Origin: Felis catus
Lineage: Eukaryota
Direction: 5' to 3'
DNA: 64,000 nt
NCBI RefSeq assembly: GCF_018350175.1
Contig: NC_058368.1
Span: 45,014,001-45,078,000 of the forward strand
The position numbers and the translations under genes are program-made. This document shows, one piece after another, positions 12,866 to 24,232 of the stretch. Below the pieces are notes generated by a model. The model saw nothing but the letters and a program-made list of their open reading frames with translations, made no database searches and was not told the DNA's origin. Numbering within the stretch: the stretch's first letter is position 1; every line of letters starts with the position of its first letter.

Positions 12866-15144
12866 ACATAAATTCAAAAATATAGATTTTAAAAATAGCC
12901 ATATTTCCTATTTTTCCATTTTTTTTGAAGCTCTGGTATTTTTGAATATTGGCCTAAAGAGACACCTTGGATATTTTAGTAGAATTCGAATCTACTAAAG
13001 AAATAAAACAAAGTTGTGTGTTTTATTGTTGATACAAAGAGATTTTTGGCATTCACCTCTTGAAAAACTATAAAATTGTTGAATTCTTCCTTTCCCTTAT
13101 AGTATGAACCATCCCAATTTTCTGGTCTCATAATTTAAGTTGTTCCGCTGTATTTTAGTCAAGATGGAAATGCTGAGTTACATGAGCAAATGTCAATCAA
13201 CATCACTAAGGAAAAATGTGGCCTGGACACAGTGTCACAATTATGATAGAAACTCAAAATGAAAGATTACCTACAGTAATCAGTTATCTGAATTAGATTA
13301 AATCCACCAAAAGAATGGGAAAGGCCAAATTTAGAATTAACATCAACTAAATGCACTCTTTATTATTACTGGAGATTCTCAGATCATTTTCAAAAAGTAC
13401 CATTCCTGTGACATGATCATCAGTCAAAATGATCTACCTCATAGACTTTCCACTCAAAACAGATATTTCTTGGGATCCTAAACTATAGCACACATTCTCT
13501 CTGGTCAGGAAAACCTATGTTAAGCTTTCATACACACTTATATCAATCTGTTCTCAAATTCTGGCCAGAAAAGTCAGCAAAGTAGTCATCCTAAAACTTA
13601 TATGGTACAACACGTTTCTTTGTTGTTGTTGTTTTGGGTTTTTTTGTTTGTTTGTTTGCTTGCTTTTTGCTTATACTTGACTTAAAAATCTTCAAATATT
13701 TAAATCAGCTCAGATTATCAGTATCTATATCAGATGTTTTCCTCAAAGTTTGGAATAACATTATTTTAAATGTAGAAAGGTAAATTATTATTTGGCCAAA
13801 CTAGTATGTAAATTCCAGAGCATTTGTTTTACAACTACTACAAAAATATCTGTGGTTATTTTAGATGGTAAAATAAAATCAGTAGAATCTTGTTACTTAG
13901 AGACTCTGTTTAAAATGCTGCATATTTTCATGTTCAGAAACTTGAAACTCTAAAATATGCTGTAGATCTTAGTTTTCTGTACATTCCGTAAGAGTTCTTG
14001 GTCAAAAACAATGAAATGTGACTTAGAAACACATCATCTAAGTAATGATCAGAAGCATATTATCCCCCAGATACACAAATTATTTTTTGAGGCTTAGAAA
14101 AAAGAAACCAACTAAAACAAATATCTGATCAATATTATATTCTGTATTCGCCAAATGCTAATTTGATTGGATAGGGATTACTTTCAGATTATTTAAAATC
14201 ACCATACCTTAAAGAGGTTAATAATATAGTTTACAAGGTATTCATTAGAAATTCATCAATGCAAAACAGAAAATGGTACTCAATTAGCATGGGGTTTTGT
14301 TCGTTATATTTGTTGTATTTGTTTCATTCTGCACTTATAGTCACATCTTTCACTCAGATGGTTCTGGAGTTTTGGGTACCTGCAGGTTCAATCAAGTGGT
14401 CTCATTTCTTTCTCCTTTATGATCTTCTTATTTTCCCTGAAGCAAGTGTGCTCAGAAGGGAGGGCACCTGGAAATTGTGGGCTTCTTTATAAAATGACAA
14501 ATAATATTGATAAACCCATCCTAAAATAAATAAAAGAAGCTCTCCCCAAACAAGGTATCATCTGCTGCTAGTTCTGCTCTACATAACAGTAGACTGTGTA
14601 ACACTCCAGCCTGGGATAAATTAGCCAAGAAGACATAAATTTGAGTAAAATCACTCCATACTCTTTTTCACTATGAAACGGGGTTACAGGAAAATATGAA
14701 CATGACTTCATTTTAGTGTTCCATAGAAGCATAGTTTAAGAACTCCTTTCCTGAATAAATAGCCTCTAACCATTTTTAAAGTTGCTTTTTCCTTTTGACT
14801 GAGGCAAGACTGATTTCTTAACATTCTCAACAAATACCTGGTTCAGGTCTCACCAACTTTCATGATAATTTAATGGTGTATGCTTTCTTCTGGTGACAAT
14901 TTTCCGTATCAATTGTTCCGACCCTCAAAAGCAGATTTCTATCATAAAGCTCTCTTTTGGATTCAAAAATTAAATTAGTTTTCCCTAAGTCATTTCCTCA
15001 TGGTGTTGTTTAATTATAAAGTAAAATGCACAGAATGAACGATACTTCAGAAAAAAAAAACTGAGTGTTTTCTAACTTAGGCTAAGAAGTTCTCTTTGAG
15101 CCTTATGAGGCATTGTCTGTCACTATTATTATTTTTATTTATAT

Positions 15145-15225
15145 TATTTATTTTAATTTTTTCAACGTTTATGTATTTTTGAAGAGAGAGACAGAGCACA
15201 AGTGGAGGAGGGGGAGAGAGGGAGA

Positions 15226-15273
<48 letters not shown>

Positions 15274-15397
15274 TTCCGAAGCAGGCTTCAGGCTCTCAGC
15301 ACTTAGCACAGAGCCCAACACAGGGCTGGAACCCACATACCATGAGATCATGACCTGAGCCAAAGTCAGAGGCTTAACCGACTGAGCCAGGCATCCC
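15145..15397 (-). mobile_element. Can-SINE with expanded (GA)n
   Basis: Typical body in antisense. TSD-like ca(c/t)ta(t/c)tattatttt. Confidence 0.93.
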
Positions 15398-15554
15398 ACC
15401 CATTACTATTATTTTAAAAAGTCTATTTAAACATTCAAACAGAGAATCATTGCAACCAAGGGAATAGGAAAACTGCTTCAGCATAACTTTAGCTGTAGCC
15501 CCTTTCTTATGTTCTGTTGTGTTTGTTTGTTTAAGCAGAAGGAAAGGAGAATTA

Positions 15555-15805
15555 GCAAAGTGGCCTGGAATATGGTGTCTGGATCAGAGAGTAAGAAGAC
15601 AAAGTGCAGCTGTACTATGTACAAGTCTATGATTCTGGGCACATTAATTAGCTGTCTGTACCTCAGTCTTCTCATCTATCTAATCATTATACCTAAGGGA
15701 TACATAATTGTTCCAGAATCAAAGGACTGTTCTGAATATTAAATTGCACAGTATAAACATTCAACATGCTATCTAGCAAATAGGAAGTTCTTAATCAATA
15801 TCACT
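15555..15805 (+). mobile_element. MIR
   Basis: tctgggcacattaattagctgtctgtacctcagtcttctcatctat core. Confidence 0.65.
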
Positions 15806-15819
15806 CACTATGATTATGA

Positions 15820-17200
15820 CAAATATTTATTCACTTAACAGTGTTTATTGAGTAACTACATGCTCTATGATAGGGACAAAATGATGAGCAAAATGGAAAT
15901 AGTCTGTCCACTGGGCAATGTTTTTAAATTTTTTTTTAATGTTTATTCATTTTAGAGAGGTGGGGGGGCAGAGGGAGAGAGGGTGATACAGGCTCCAGAG
16001 TTCAAGCTGTCAGCACAGAGCCCTATGCAGGGCTTGAACTCACCAACCATGAGACCATGACCTGAGCTGAAGTCTGATGCTTAATAGCTTAATCAACTGA
16101 GCCATCCAGGTGCCCCAGGGCAATTTTTGTTAGAGACAAACAATAAAAACAACATAGATATTAATATGCAGTTACAGGTGACAATGAGAAATTGAAAAAA
16201 AAAGTAGAGAGTATTTAGTTACTCCAAGAACATGGAATGAGCAGATGCAATAAATTTTTAAAAATTTAAATTAATTCGCCTAGGGGACCAACGGATGCTT
16301 CTTTGAGAAATGTACAAAGCTCTTAATCAAGACATCTCAATGATAAATAGGAATGAACTCAGAAAAGGGTGGGTTGAGGGAAGGAGAGCCAATATGCAAG
16401 GAGACAAAACAAGTTTGTGAGGCCCAAAGATAGAGAAAAATGTTAAGGGAGGACACTGAGTCTGGAAGACAGAGGGTAAGAGGGAGGTTGGTGAGGGAAG
16501 GGCCTTGATAATAGACAAGAGACAGATCATCCAAGGTCCATCTGTGCAGAGTATGGATTGTGGTCAGAGGGTGGTGGCAATACTTAAAAAAAAAAAAAAA
16601 AAAAGAAAAAAGAAAGAAAAGGAGAATCTGGGTGTGGCAAAATAGTTCATATTTTCGTTTTAAATTTTTCATTCACTCCACTATCAGAGAATGGATTATA
16701 TGTGGCAAAATTAATGAGTGAGGATGATGCGTATGGCAGTGGCAGAAGCTGAGTTGAAAGGGGACAATATATTGGAATTAGGTGCAAACAATGGAGATGG
16801 AGGGATGTGGCACAGATAGAAGAAGGGAATTTTTGAAGAAAAAGTGACAGTGCTTGGTGGAATAGTGAAAACAATGGAGAAGAGCATGTTGGCAAATATG
16901 ACCCTGAATTTTTGGCTTGTACAACCTAATGCATGGAAAGCTGTTCTCTGAGATAAAGAAGAAAACTGAGCAAGAGAGAGGGGGACATTTATGAGTTCAG
17001 TTTTGTACAATGTTGTATTTATATTGTGTCTGTGATATCCACAAGAGAGGTCAAGCAGAGAGGTGGGTGTGTGAAACCAGAGGTCAGGGGCAGGTCCAAA
17101 TTTTGAGATACAAATTTCGAGATACAGGTTGTGGACAGCAGTTGAAACCATGGAATCAGATGACTGCATTCCGTGAGAACTGAGAAAACTAAAAAAGGAG
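15820..17200 (-). mobile_element. L2 3' region (interrupted by a SINE)
   Basis: atttattcacttaacagtgtttattgagtaactac is the L2 3' terminus in antisense. Purine-rich body with atgagttcagttttgtaca. Confidence 0.75.
15921..16116 (-). mobile_element. Can-SINE
   Basis: Ends gccatccaggtgcccc. TSD gggcaat. Confidence 0.9.
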
Positions 17201-20200
17201 GCAGTTGACCATGACATGTCCTTTCCCACTCACATTACTACAAACCGTGAAAATACAAATATTTCTCTTTGGTTCTTAGATTACTACCTATAGAACTTTG
17301 GATAAAAATATCCACACCAAGAATGTATGATAATCTGAATAGCTAGATTACATACTTTCCAACAACTAAGTTCACAATGAAGTAGAGAAAATAAATGACT
17401 AATCACATAGATGAGGAACCTATTACCATAGTCAGAATTCTTAATGGTGTAATGGTTAAGGTATTAGAGTACTGAGATTTCTTTATGTATGCCTAGTAGG
17501 GTGGGACCAGATAAAGTCTGGGTTCAGGTAATACATTAGTTTACCAGTGGCTTCCTGCTGCCTTTATGTTTAAACTCCATTATAGTTTCCCAGAATTCTG
17601 AGATTACAGGAAGTTTTCCCTTGAACATCCCCAGCAGCTGTTTGAACAAGTGAAACCAACTGAGTGACTTTTACTTGTCTAAACCAATCTTCCTAACTAG
17701 CATGAAACCAAATGAATAAACAGAAGATCAGAAAATGAAGAGAAAAGAAAGGGGTCAGCTCTTGTTTCATACATGAAGATTAATTTAGCATGGAAGTCAC
17801 AACTGATAAAACAAGATGCTAAATATCAAATGGGACTTCACAGTATGGTTAGATAATAATAACTCAAGTAATCAAAATTATCATGCGGGGTTTAGGTGGT
17901 TTATGTACTCACTGATCAATATAAACACTATGTAGATTTCCTGCATGTGCTAAGATAGAAACAAAAGAAAATGCACATTACTGATTATTTTACATATTAT
18001 TTTGCATTCAGTACTTTGGAAATGATGTCTTTTCTGAGAAGTGAACCCTATTCTTACCACATATTAAAATTCATATATATAATTATAATATATATGCAAT
18101 ATCTATATATGGCTAACTCAAGTCTAGTAGCATGGTTTTAATCAATCATGAGCACAGAACCAATGCTCTATGAAGGTTTGGAAACTCATGAAATCCACAC
18201 TATCAGTAATAACTCCTTTTTCCAGTGAGAAGCTCAAATTTTTCTAAACTATTTATGTCTTAACACAATTTTAAAAATAAAACTAGACCTGATTTTTAAT
18301 ATTTTAAATATGCAAGAACTCATAGGAAACCATCATTCCAATAGCAAAGATGGTTTTGGTGGGACTTGCTTATATTCAGAATTCTTTTTATATACAACTC
18401 TTTGTGAGTAAAAATGATATACATTCAAAAATGAGGGACCAGAAGTTACATCTGATGAGTGTTTTGTGCCTAAGTGTTCTATTGGTTATGACTTTTATTT
18501 TTTTACTTATTATAATTTCTTAAGTCAATATTCTATTAGTATTTTCAAATTCTTCAACTTACATAAAAATCTTCAGAAATTACTCATGACAAATATGTCT
18601 CATTTACTTAAAAGTGTATTTGTTGTAAAACAAATTTAAAAAACTTATTAAACATTAGTGTTTTCAGAAGGTCACATATTTTAAGCTGGTTTTAAGACTT
18701 TACAGAATTGAAAAAAATAATCTATTTTTTATAAAGTCTCTTAGTCATAAAATATCAGTTTCAATAAAGTAGTAATTAGTAAATATTTAACATAATATTT
18801 TCTTTTAAATATATAAAATGAATTGCTAAATGCTTATGATTTCTGAAAACTAAAAAAAAAAATGGTTTTAAATATTCTACACTAAAGGAGGTAAAGCTCA
18901 ACATATTTGATAGAAAAAAAGGCTTAAACTATAATAACTAGTAAACACATAAATCAAATTACTTTATGGTATTGGTGGTACCCAAAGTTATAACCATTTT
19001 GGTAAAATATCTTAATTGAATAATATATAGACTAATATTTAGGTCTGCTATATATGGGAAAAAAACTTTGTCATACTTGAAAATTACAAATTAAACTTCC
19101 TCCTTTTTAATAAATACATTACATTAAATGTCTTAACATATTAGAGTATGTCCAAGGCTCTTCCATATAATCCATACAATCAAAAATTGTAAGGATATTT
19201 TTTCATATCTTTAATTTCACATTTGTCAACATCATGAAAAGCACCTACAGTATTATTTTGTGCATTCCTTTTGTGACTTAATCAACTTTATAAGAAGGTG
19301 ATTCAATCAACCAGAAGTTTAAAAAGTTGTTTCTGTTTTGTTATTGAGAGGTAATTAAATTTAATAAACATATCCATTATAATTTTCCTATGTTTCCTAT
19401 GTTTCTTCAGTAATGTATCCTGATATCATATGAATTTAAATGCAAATCTTTTCATATTCTCACTATATGCCAAAACTAGTAATGAATAATGAGTCAATTC
19501 TCTAAAAATGTAAAACTCAGAAGTTTTATGTGTCTGAAGGTTTCTATAAGTCTTGAAGGTAGAATTCTTCTAAAAGAATCTAATATTGAAAATATACAAA
19601 ACATAAATGTTGACCTACCACCTAAAGATCCCATCCTAAACCACCAAATAAGAACAGCTGAATGCAAACAGGCTCAGCAACAGTTCAATTCTAAGACTCT
19701 GAATAAGGCAAAAGTGAACACACAGGAAGATAAAAAGGGAAGTTAGAATAGAGAATAACAACACTGCATTTCATGGAAGAATAGAAAAGAGAAAGAGAAA
19801 ATGCTGCTGTCCAGTGGCCTCCTTTCACGCACCTCATTAGTTCTGGTATATAGATTCAAGACACAGGGATCCTAGATAACACGCTAAGCCAATTTCTAGG
19901 CCAGTACATGAGATCCTTGTGACTGGTGTTTAAAACAAGTTTCATCTCACATCAGGTAACGGGAATACTGATGTGACAGAAGACGACAGAAGATCACCAT
20001 CATCTCAGAAATATGAGACCCACTCCACTGAAAGATTTACCAAAATGCATATATATTCAATTTGTGATTACAACTCTGAAAACTTGCAAAAAGCAAAACC
20101 ATATGAATGCGCCTGTAGAAATTAATGAGCAAACTTTCAGTGAGATGATATAAACTTGGGTAATAAAAGCCGAGCTGGCATCTCTCAATCAAATTTCTCA

Positions 20201-20303
20201 ACCTGAAACGTTTTAGTCTTAGTAACTACCAAAGCCCATAGGGGAGAGGGGAAATCAGTGGAAACTGGGAGATGCTTGGATGCCCCATGGGGTCTTACTG
20301 TAC

Positions 20304-20806
20304 CTGTGTCCACATCCTTCACCTGTTGCCTGGCTTGAGTTGGCCGGCTCCACTTTGAGCTCTTGCAGGACCAGCCCTTTATCGTGTGGTCCAGGAAAGT
20401 CCATGCCTGGCACCTCCTCCTCCTCTAGAGACTCCACGTAGAAGAGAGTCCTGGCTGGCTGTTGGGGGCCCTGCCCCGGCGCCCCTTGCTGCAACCTTGT
20501 GGCCACTGGCAGCAGGGTGCCATTCAGTGGATTAAAGGAAGAGGAGGAAGACGAAGGGGAGGAAGACGCAGGAGAGGAGGAAGAAGAGGAAGGCTTCTTC
20601 CAGAAAGTGCTCACGCCGCCCTTCTCTTGGCTTTTGAGCAGGCGACTCTGACTGGGGCCCCAGTGCTCGAAGCTGCCGCTGCCGTCCTGTTGCAGGCAGC
20701 CGCCCCCCGCCGGGCCGCCTGGGGCTGGCGACGGGTGGCTGAAGAGTTTCCAGCGGAGTCGCAGGATGTGCTTCACATCGAAGTCTTTTCTCCCAGAGCC
20801 TGACAT
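20304..20806 (-). CDS. KLHL1: Kelch-like protein 1, first coding exon (503 nt, 167 codons plus 2 nt, phase-2 intron follows)
   Basis: Translates [27 protein letters not shown]...FWKKPSSSS...[23 protein letters not shown]...[12 protein letters not shown]...ATGEGCGHR, which I recognise as the KLHL1 N-terminus. ATG has A at -3 (aaacATGt). Ends at donor CAG|GTACAG (20304/20303). The ORF-track start at 20932 is a GTG, and the tail YSKTPW... is intron read-through. Confidence 0.96.
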
Positions 20807-21301
20807 GTTTGACGCAAGAAGGCAAAGAGACCTCAGCGGCCGCGGGAGTAGACAGACCAGCTGGTGGGGGAGGCCAGCAGAGCTCGGGGTTGGAGGAGGC
20901 GGCGGACTGCGCCCTCTGCACCCCGGGAGCACTCGCGGCGAGGCGGGCTGCGCGCCCTGCTAGGCAACCACCCGAGCGCGGACGGCAGAGCCGCGCCGCT
21001 CAGCTGCGGTCAGGTCCGCAAGGACCCGCGCGTGGGGAGCCCACCGGCTGCGAGCAGAGGCAGGAGCCGGACGCAGAGGGCTGAGAATCCTTGATCCGCG
21101 CGCGGGGGCCCCGTGGTTACGGCAGGGAGGGACGACCCTGGTGATGGAGGTGCGCGAAGAAGGGAGGTCTGCACGCTCGGAAGCCCGGGAGGCGGCGGCA
21201 GCTGGATACACCTCCCTGGGATGCACCCGTGGCAAAACCTCAGTCGGGAAGGTGTCGGCTCTCCTGTCCTTGCAGCTCAGAGTTCAGTGCCTGGAGAGCG
21301 C

Positions 21302-21332
<31 letters not shown>

Positions 21333-21355
21333 GCGAGATAGAGCGAGCGAGAGAG
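21302..21355. repeat. (GA)n repeat within the KLHL1 5' UTR
   Basis: Seen directly. Confidence 0.95.
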
Positions 21356-21499
21356 CGCGCCCCAAGTCGCGAAGAAGCGCACCCCCTAGTCTTCTCGGTG
21401 CACCTGCGCCCCTGTGCCTGGCCTCTCCGAGGATGCTCTGAGAGCTTGCCGGGTGTCTTTGAGAAAGTCAAATGCCTTCTGCAAGGCGAGAAGGGGTGG

Positions 21500-21508
21500 T
21501 TTTATATA
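21500..21508 (-). promoter_or_regulatory. Candidate TATA box (TATATAAAA)
   Basis: Plus-strand ttttatata matches TATAWAWR on the KLHL1 strand at the upstream edge of the CpG island. Confidence 0.45.
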
Positions 21509-22845
21509 GTCAGTTTGTAAAAGAGAAGAATAAATATTCCAGAAAATATAGGAAGGCAAAAGGAAAAGCCCGCCCGTGAAGCTGTCAAGGTCCTCACAGT
21601 ACAATTTTCTCTCTGCCTCATCGCCTCCTCCTCCCCTGTAAGTGACGCAGATGTGCACTGGGGCCTATACGGAGAGATGGAGGGAGGGAGGGAAGGCTTC
21701 AATCTTCTTTATGCAAGTGAGTCTGCCGCTCTTATTGTCCCCTTGCTAGGTCCTGTCACCTTTTTTCATCCCCCTTCCTCACTACATTACTGTGTGGCAA
21801 TAAAAGTAAAACAAACAGGCATTATGCTTTAGTATCAGTAAACACCCAACGTGAATCATGGCAACGTAAACTTAATAGGCTGCCATAGGTTTGCAGGTTG
21901 CATGTTAAGGGCTTGAATTATTTAATAAACCACATCCTTTAACCTTTAGCCTTGGTTTGTCCACAGTGAGACACAAGAAACAGTGATGCTGGCATCAAAG
22001 AGTGATAATGCCACCATTCTGACACATTGTGATTCTGCCATTAACACACTCAGGCAGCGCTTCGTCTTGGGGTCCAGAGGCGTGCTGGAGAAATTTTAAG
22101 ATGGGCATCTGAGTGCAGGGGACGACTTTTGCAAAATCAGTGTGTTCGGTGTGTAGCTTTGGAATGAAAGCTGTTGTTCGTGTAAACCAAGCAGTGGAAT
22201 AAAATGATAAAAGAGAATTTCCAGGCATAACCTTCTGGTGTATAAATCATGATACAGAATGCATAGAAGAGTTTAGGCAATGAACAAATACATCCAAAGG
22301 CTACTATCCTGCAAAAATCTCCTGTTTGAAGAAGGGAAGATAGATGTGTTTTCCCTTATACCTATACTTAGAACGATGAGGATTATGATGCCTTTCTAGC
22401 TATGACTACTTGGAAATTTTTCATCTTTTTCCTTTAATGAGCCATTAAAATAGAACCCAGTCACCTTTGCTGAAGGCAAAAGGAGGTGAGAAGCAGCAGG
22501 TTCCTTAAGTACATGGTGAATGTGGCTGTTGTTCATTTTTGAAACTCACAGCTTCAGCGACCCCCATCAGGGCACAGGAATCACATATTAAAGTGCAGTT
22601 ATATTACTGTTCTGTTCCCTCTTCTTGAGCAGTAAAGTTAAATAGAAACCAAAGCTAAGTATGAAGTCATTCCTAGACAAAGTTGGCCATTTTAACAAAA
22701 CAATAAATTAAGCACACAATTTTCCCCCCACTTTCAGGGGAAGAAAAATCACTGATGTGCATTTTAAATATTGATTTATGCCACAACAGCTGGACTGCAA
22801 TCCCCAGTGCCTTGATTTTTTCTTTCAGTATTCATTGTTTAAAAG

Positions 22846-22850
<5 letters not shown>

Positions 22851-22898
<48 letters not shown>
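22851..22898. repeat. (GA)24 microsatellite
   Basis: Seen directly. Confidence 0.97.
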
Positions 22899-22902
<4 letters not shown>

Positions 22903-23127
22903 ATAAAAAAAAAGTCCTTTAAAGCAACAATGGTGACAGATCATTTTTATCCAAGAACTGAATCAAGCAAGCATTTCCCTTAGGGAAGAAAGCAGTGTAT
23001 GAAATTACACATCACAAACAGGACAGAGAAACTTTCCATCAGAGGTAATGTAGAAATTTCAGATGCAACTAATTAAATGATTTATATAGAAATTCGTGCT
23101 TCATATATTTTCTAACTTGAAATAATT

Positions 23128-23348
23128 AAAAAAAAATTTTTTTTTCAACGTTTATTTATTTTGGGGACAGAGAGAGACAGAGCATGAATGGGGGAGGGGC
23201 AGAGAGAGAGGGAGACACAGAATCGGAAACAGGCTCCAGGCTCTGAGCCATCAGCCCAGAGCCCGACGCGGGGCTCGAACTCATGGACCGCGAGATCGTG
23301 ACCTGGCTGAAGTCGGACGCTTAACCGACTGTGCCACCCAGGCGCCCC
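23128..23348 (-). mobile_element. Young SINEC_Fc
   Basis: CpG-rich body. Perfect 15-bp TSD taacttgaaataatt. Confidence 0.97.
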
Positions 23349-23979
23349 TAACTTGAAATAATTTTAACTTAATTAAAATAACAAAAATACAAGGTTGTCA
23401 TATGCATATATTCTTCATTGATTAATATCTATAAACTTTCAAAAACTGTAATATAAAATTCATTTTTGTTGTCATTCTGAAATTCCATTTTGTATTCCTC
23501 TTTTACTCTACAATACTGGTATTACTATTATATAGCTTAAAAGTCTATTTGAAAGAGTAATTTATAAGATCCAAAAGAAATATAATATTGAGTTTTATTG
23601 TAAAGGAACATGAATTAAAAAGATTAAGGCATACTTAACAAATGATGACCAATGTAGTTACTGTGGTAGTGATATTTTGTATGTTTTCTCAGTATTTGGT
23701 GGTCTTATAGTGATATCTTATGTGCTGAAAACACTGTTGCAAGCTACTATTTAAAATAGCTAATTTTCTATATTTATCAAGCTGCATACAATAATCAGTC
23801 TTGCTGAGGAACATGTTTAAACATAATTCATTTACATTATCAAGTAAAATACATAGGACTTAGAAAATAAAATATGCCTGAAATTATGTTAAAGTGAAAT
23901 TATTGAAGAAAATGATTGATTATATTCTTAAACTTTAGTATTTATTTATTAATTATTGTTACTAGACTATTATTAGGAA

Positions 23980-24232
23980 ACAAGGAGGAAAAGATGGAGG
24001 ATAAAATGAAGTATTAAAGGAAGGAGAGGAATGGAAAAGAAATGAAAGAGGAAGAAAGAAAGGAAGAAAGGAAGGAAGAAAAAGAAAGAAAGAAAGAAAG
24101 AAAGAGAAAAAAGACACAAAGAAAGAAAGAAAGAGAAGAAAAAGAAAGAAAGGAAGAAAAAAAGAAAGAAAATGAAAGAAAGAAAAAAGTAAAGAATGAA
24201 GGAAGGAAGAAAAAAATGAAGGAAAGAAAAGA
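23980..24232. repeat. GA-rich polypurine low-complexity tract
   Basis: Degenerate (GAAA/GGAA)n. Confidence 0.92.

Larger units (their letters stand above)
1..20303 (-). other. KLHL1: KLHL1 intron 1 (5' part)
   Basis: Starts with GT at 20303-20302. No BTB/kelch-coding exon is recognisable further along the minus strand. Confidence 0.85.
20807..21600 (-). other. KLHL1: KLHL1 exon 1 5' UTR (transcription start uncertain, about 21480-21600)
   Basis: GC-rich sequence contiguous with the CDS, with no minus-strand ATG. TATA-like element at 21500-21508. Confidence 0.65.
20340..21680. promoter_or_regulatory. CpG island / KLHL1 promoter and first exon
   Basis: Abrupt rise in GC and CpG content (gcggccgc, ccgcgcgcgg, gagcgcgc) against AT-rich, CpG-poor flanks. 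Confidence 0.9.
20250..21720 (+). ncRNA. Region syntenic to the 5' end of the KLHL1 antisense RNA (ATXN8OS/KLHL1-AS); transcription in this species not shown
   Basis: Human and mouse have an antisense RNA overlapping KLHL1 exon 1. Here it is inferred only from synteny plus plus-strand donor-like motifs (GTAAGT at 21638, GTGAGT at 21717). Confidence 0.4.

Noticed and set aside
16327..17229. 172-aa and neighbouring minus-strand ORFs
   Set aside because: Chance open frames in a degenerate L2.
19801..19825. Possible REST/RE1 site (gctgtccagtgg)
   Set aside because: Only a half-site matches.
1..20250. KLHL1 exon 2 or BTB-domain exons
   Set aside because: No matching peptide found. Intron 1 appears to extend beyond the window.
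20462..21520. Other ORFs on both strands of the CpG island
   Set aside because: Expected in GC-rich DNA. Mostly GTG/TTG starts and low-complexity products.
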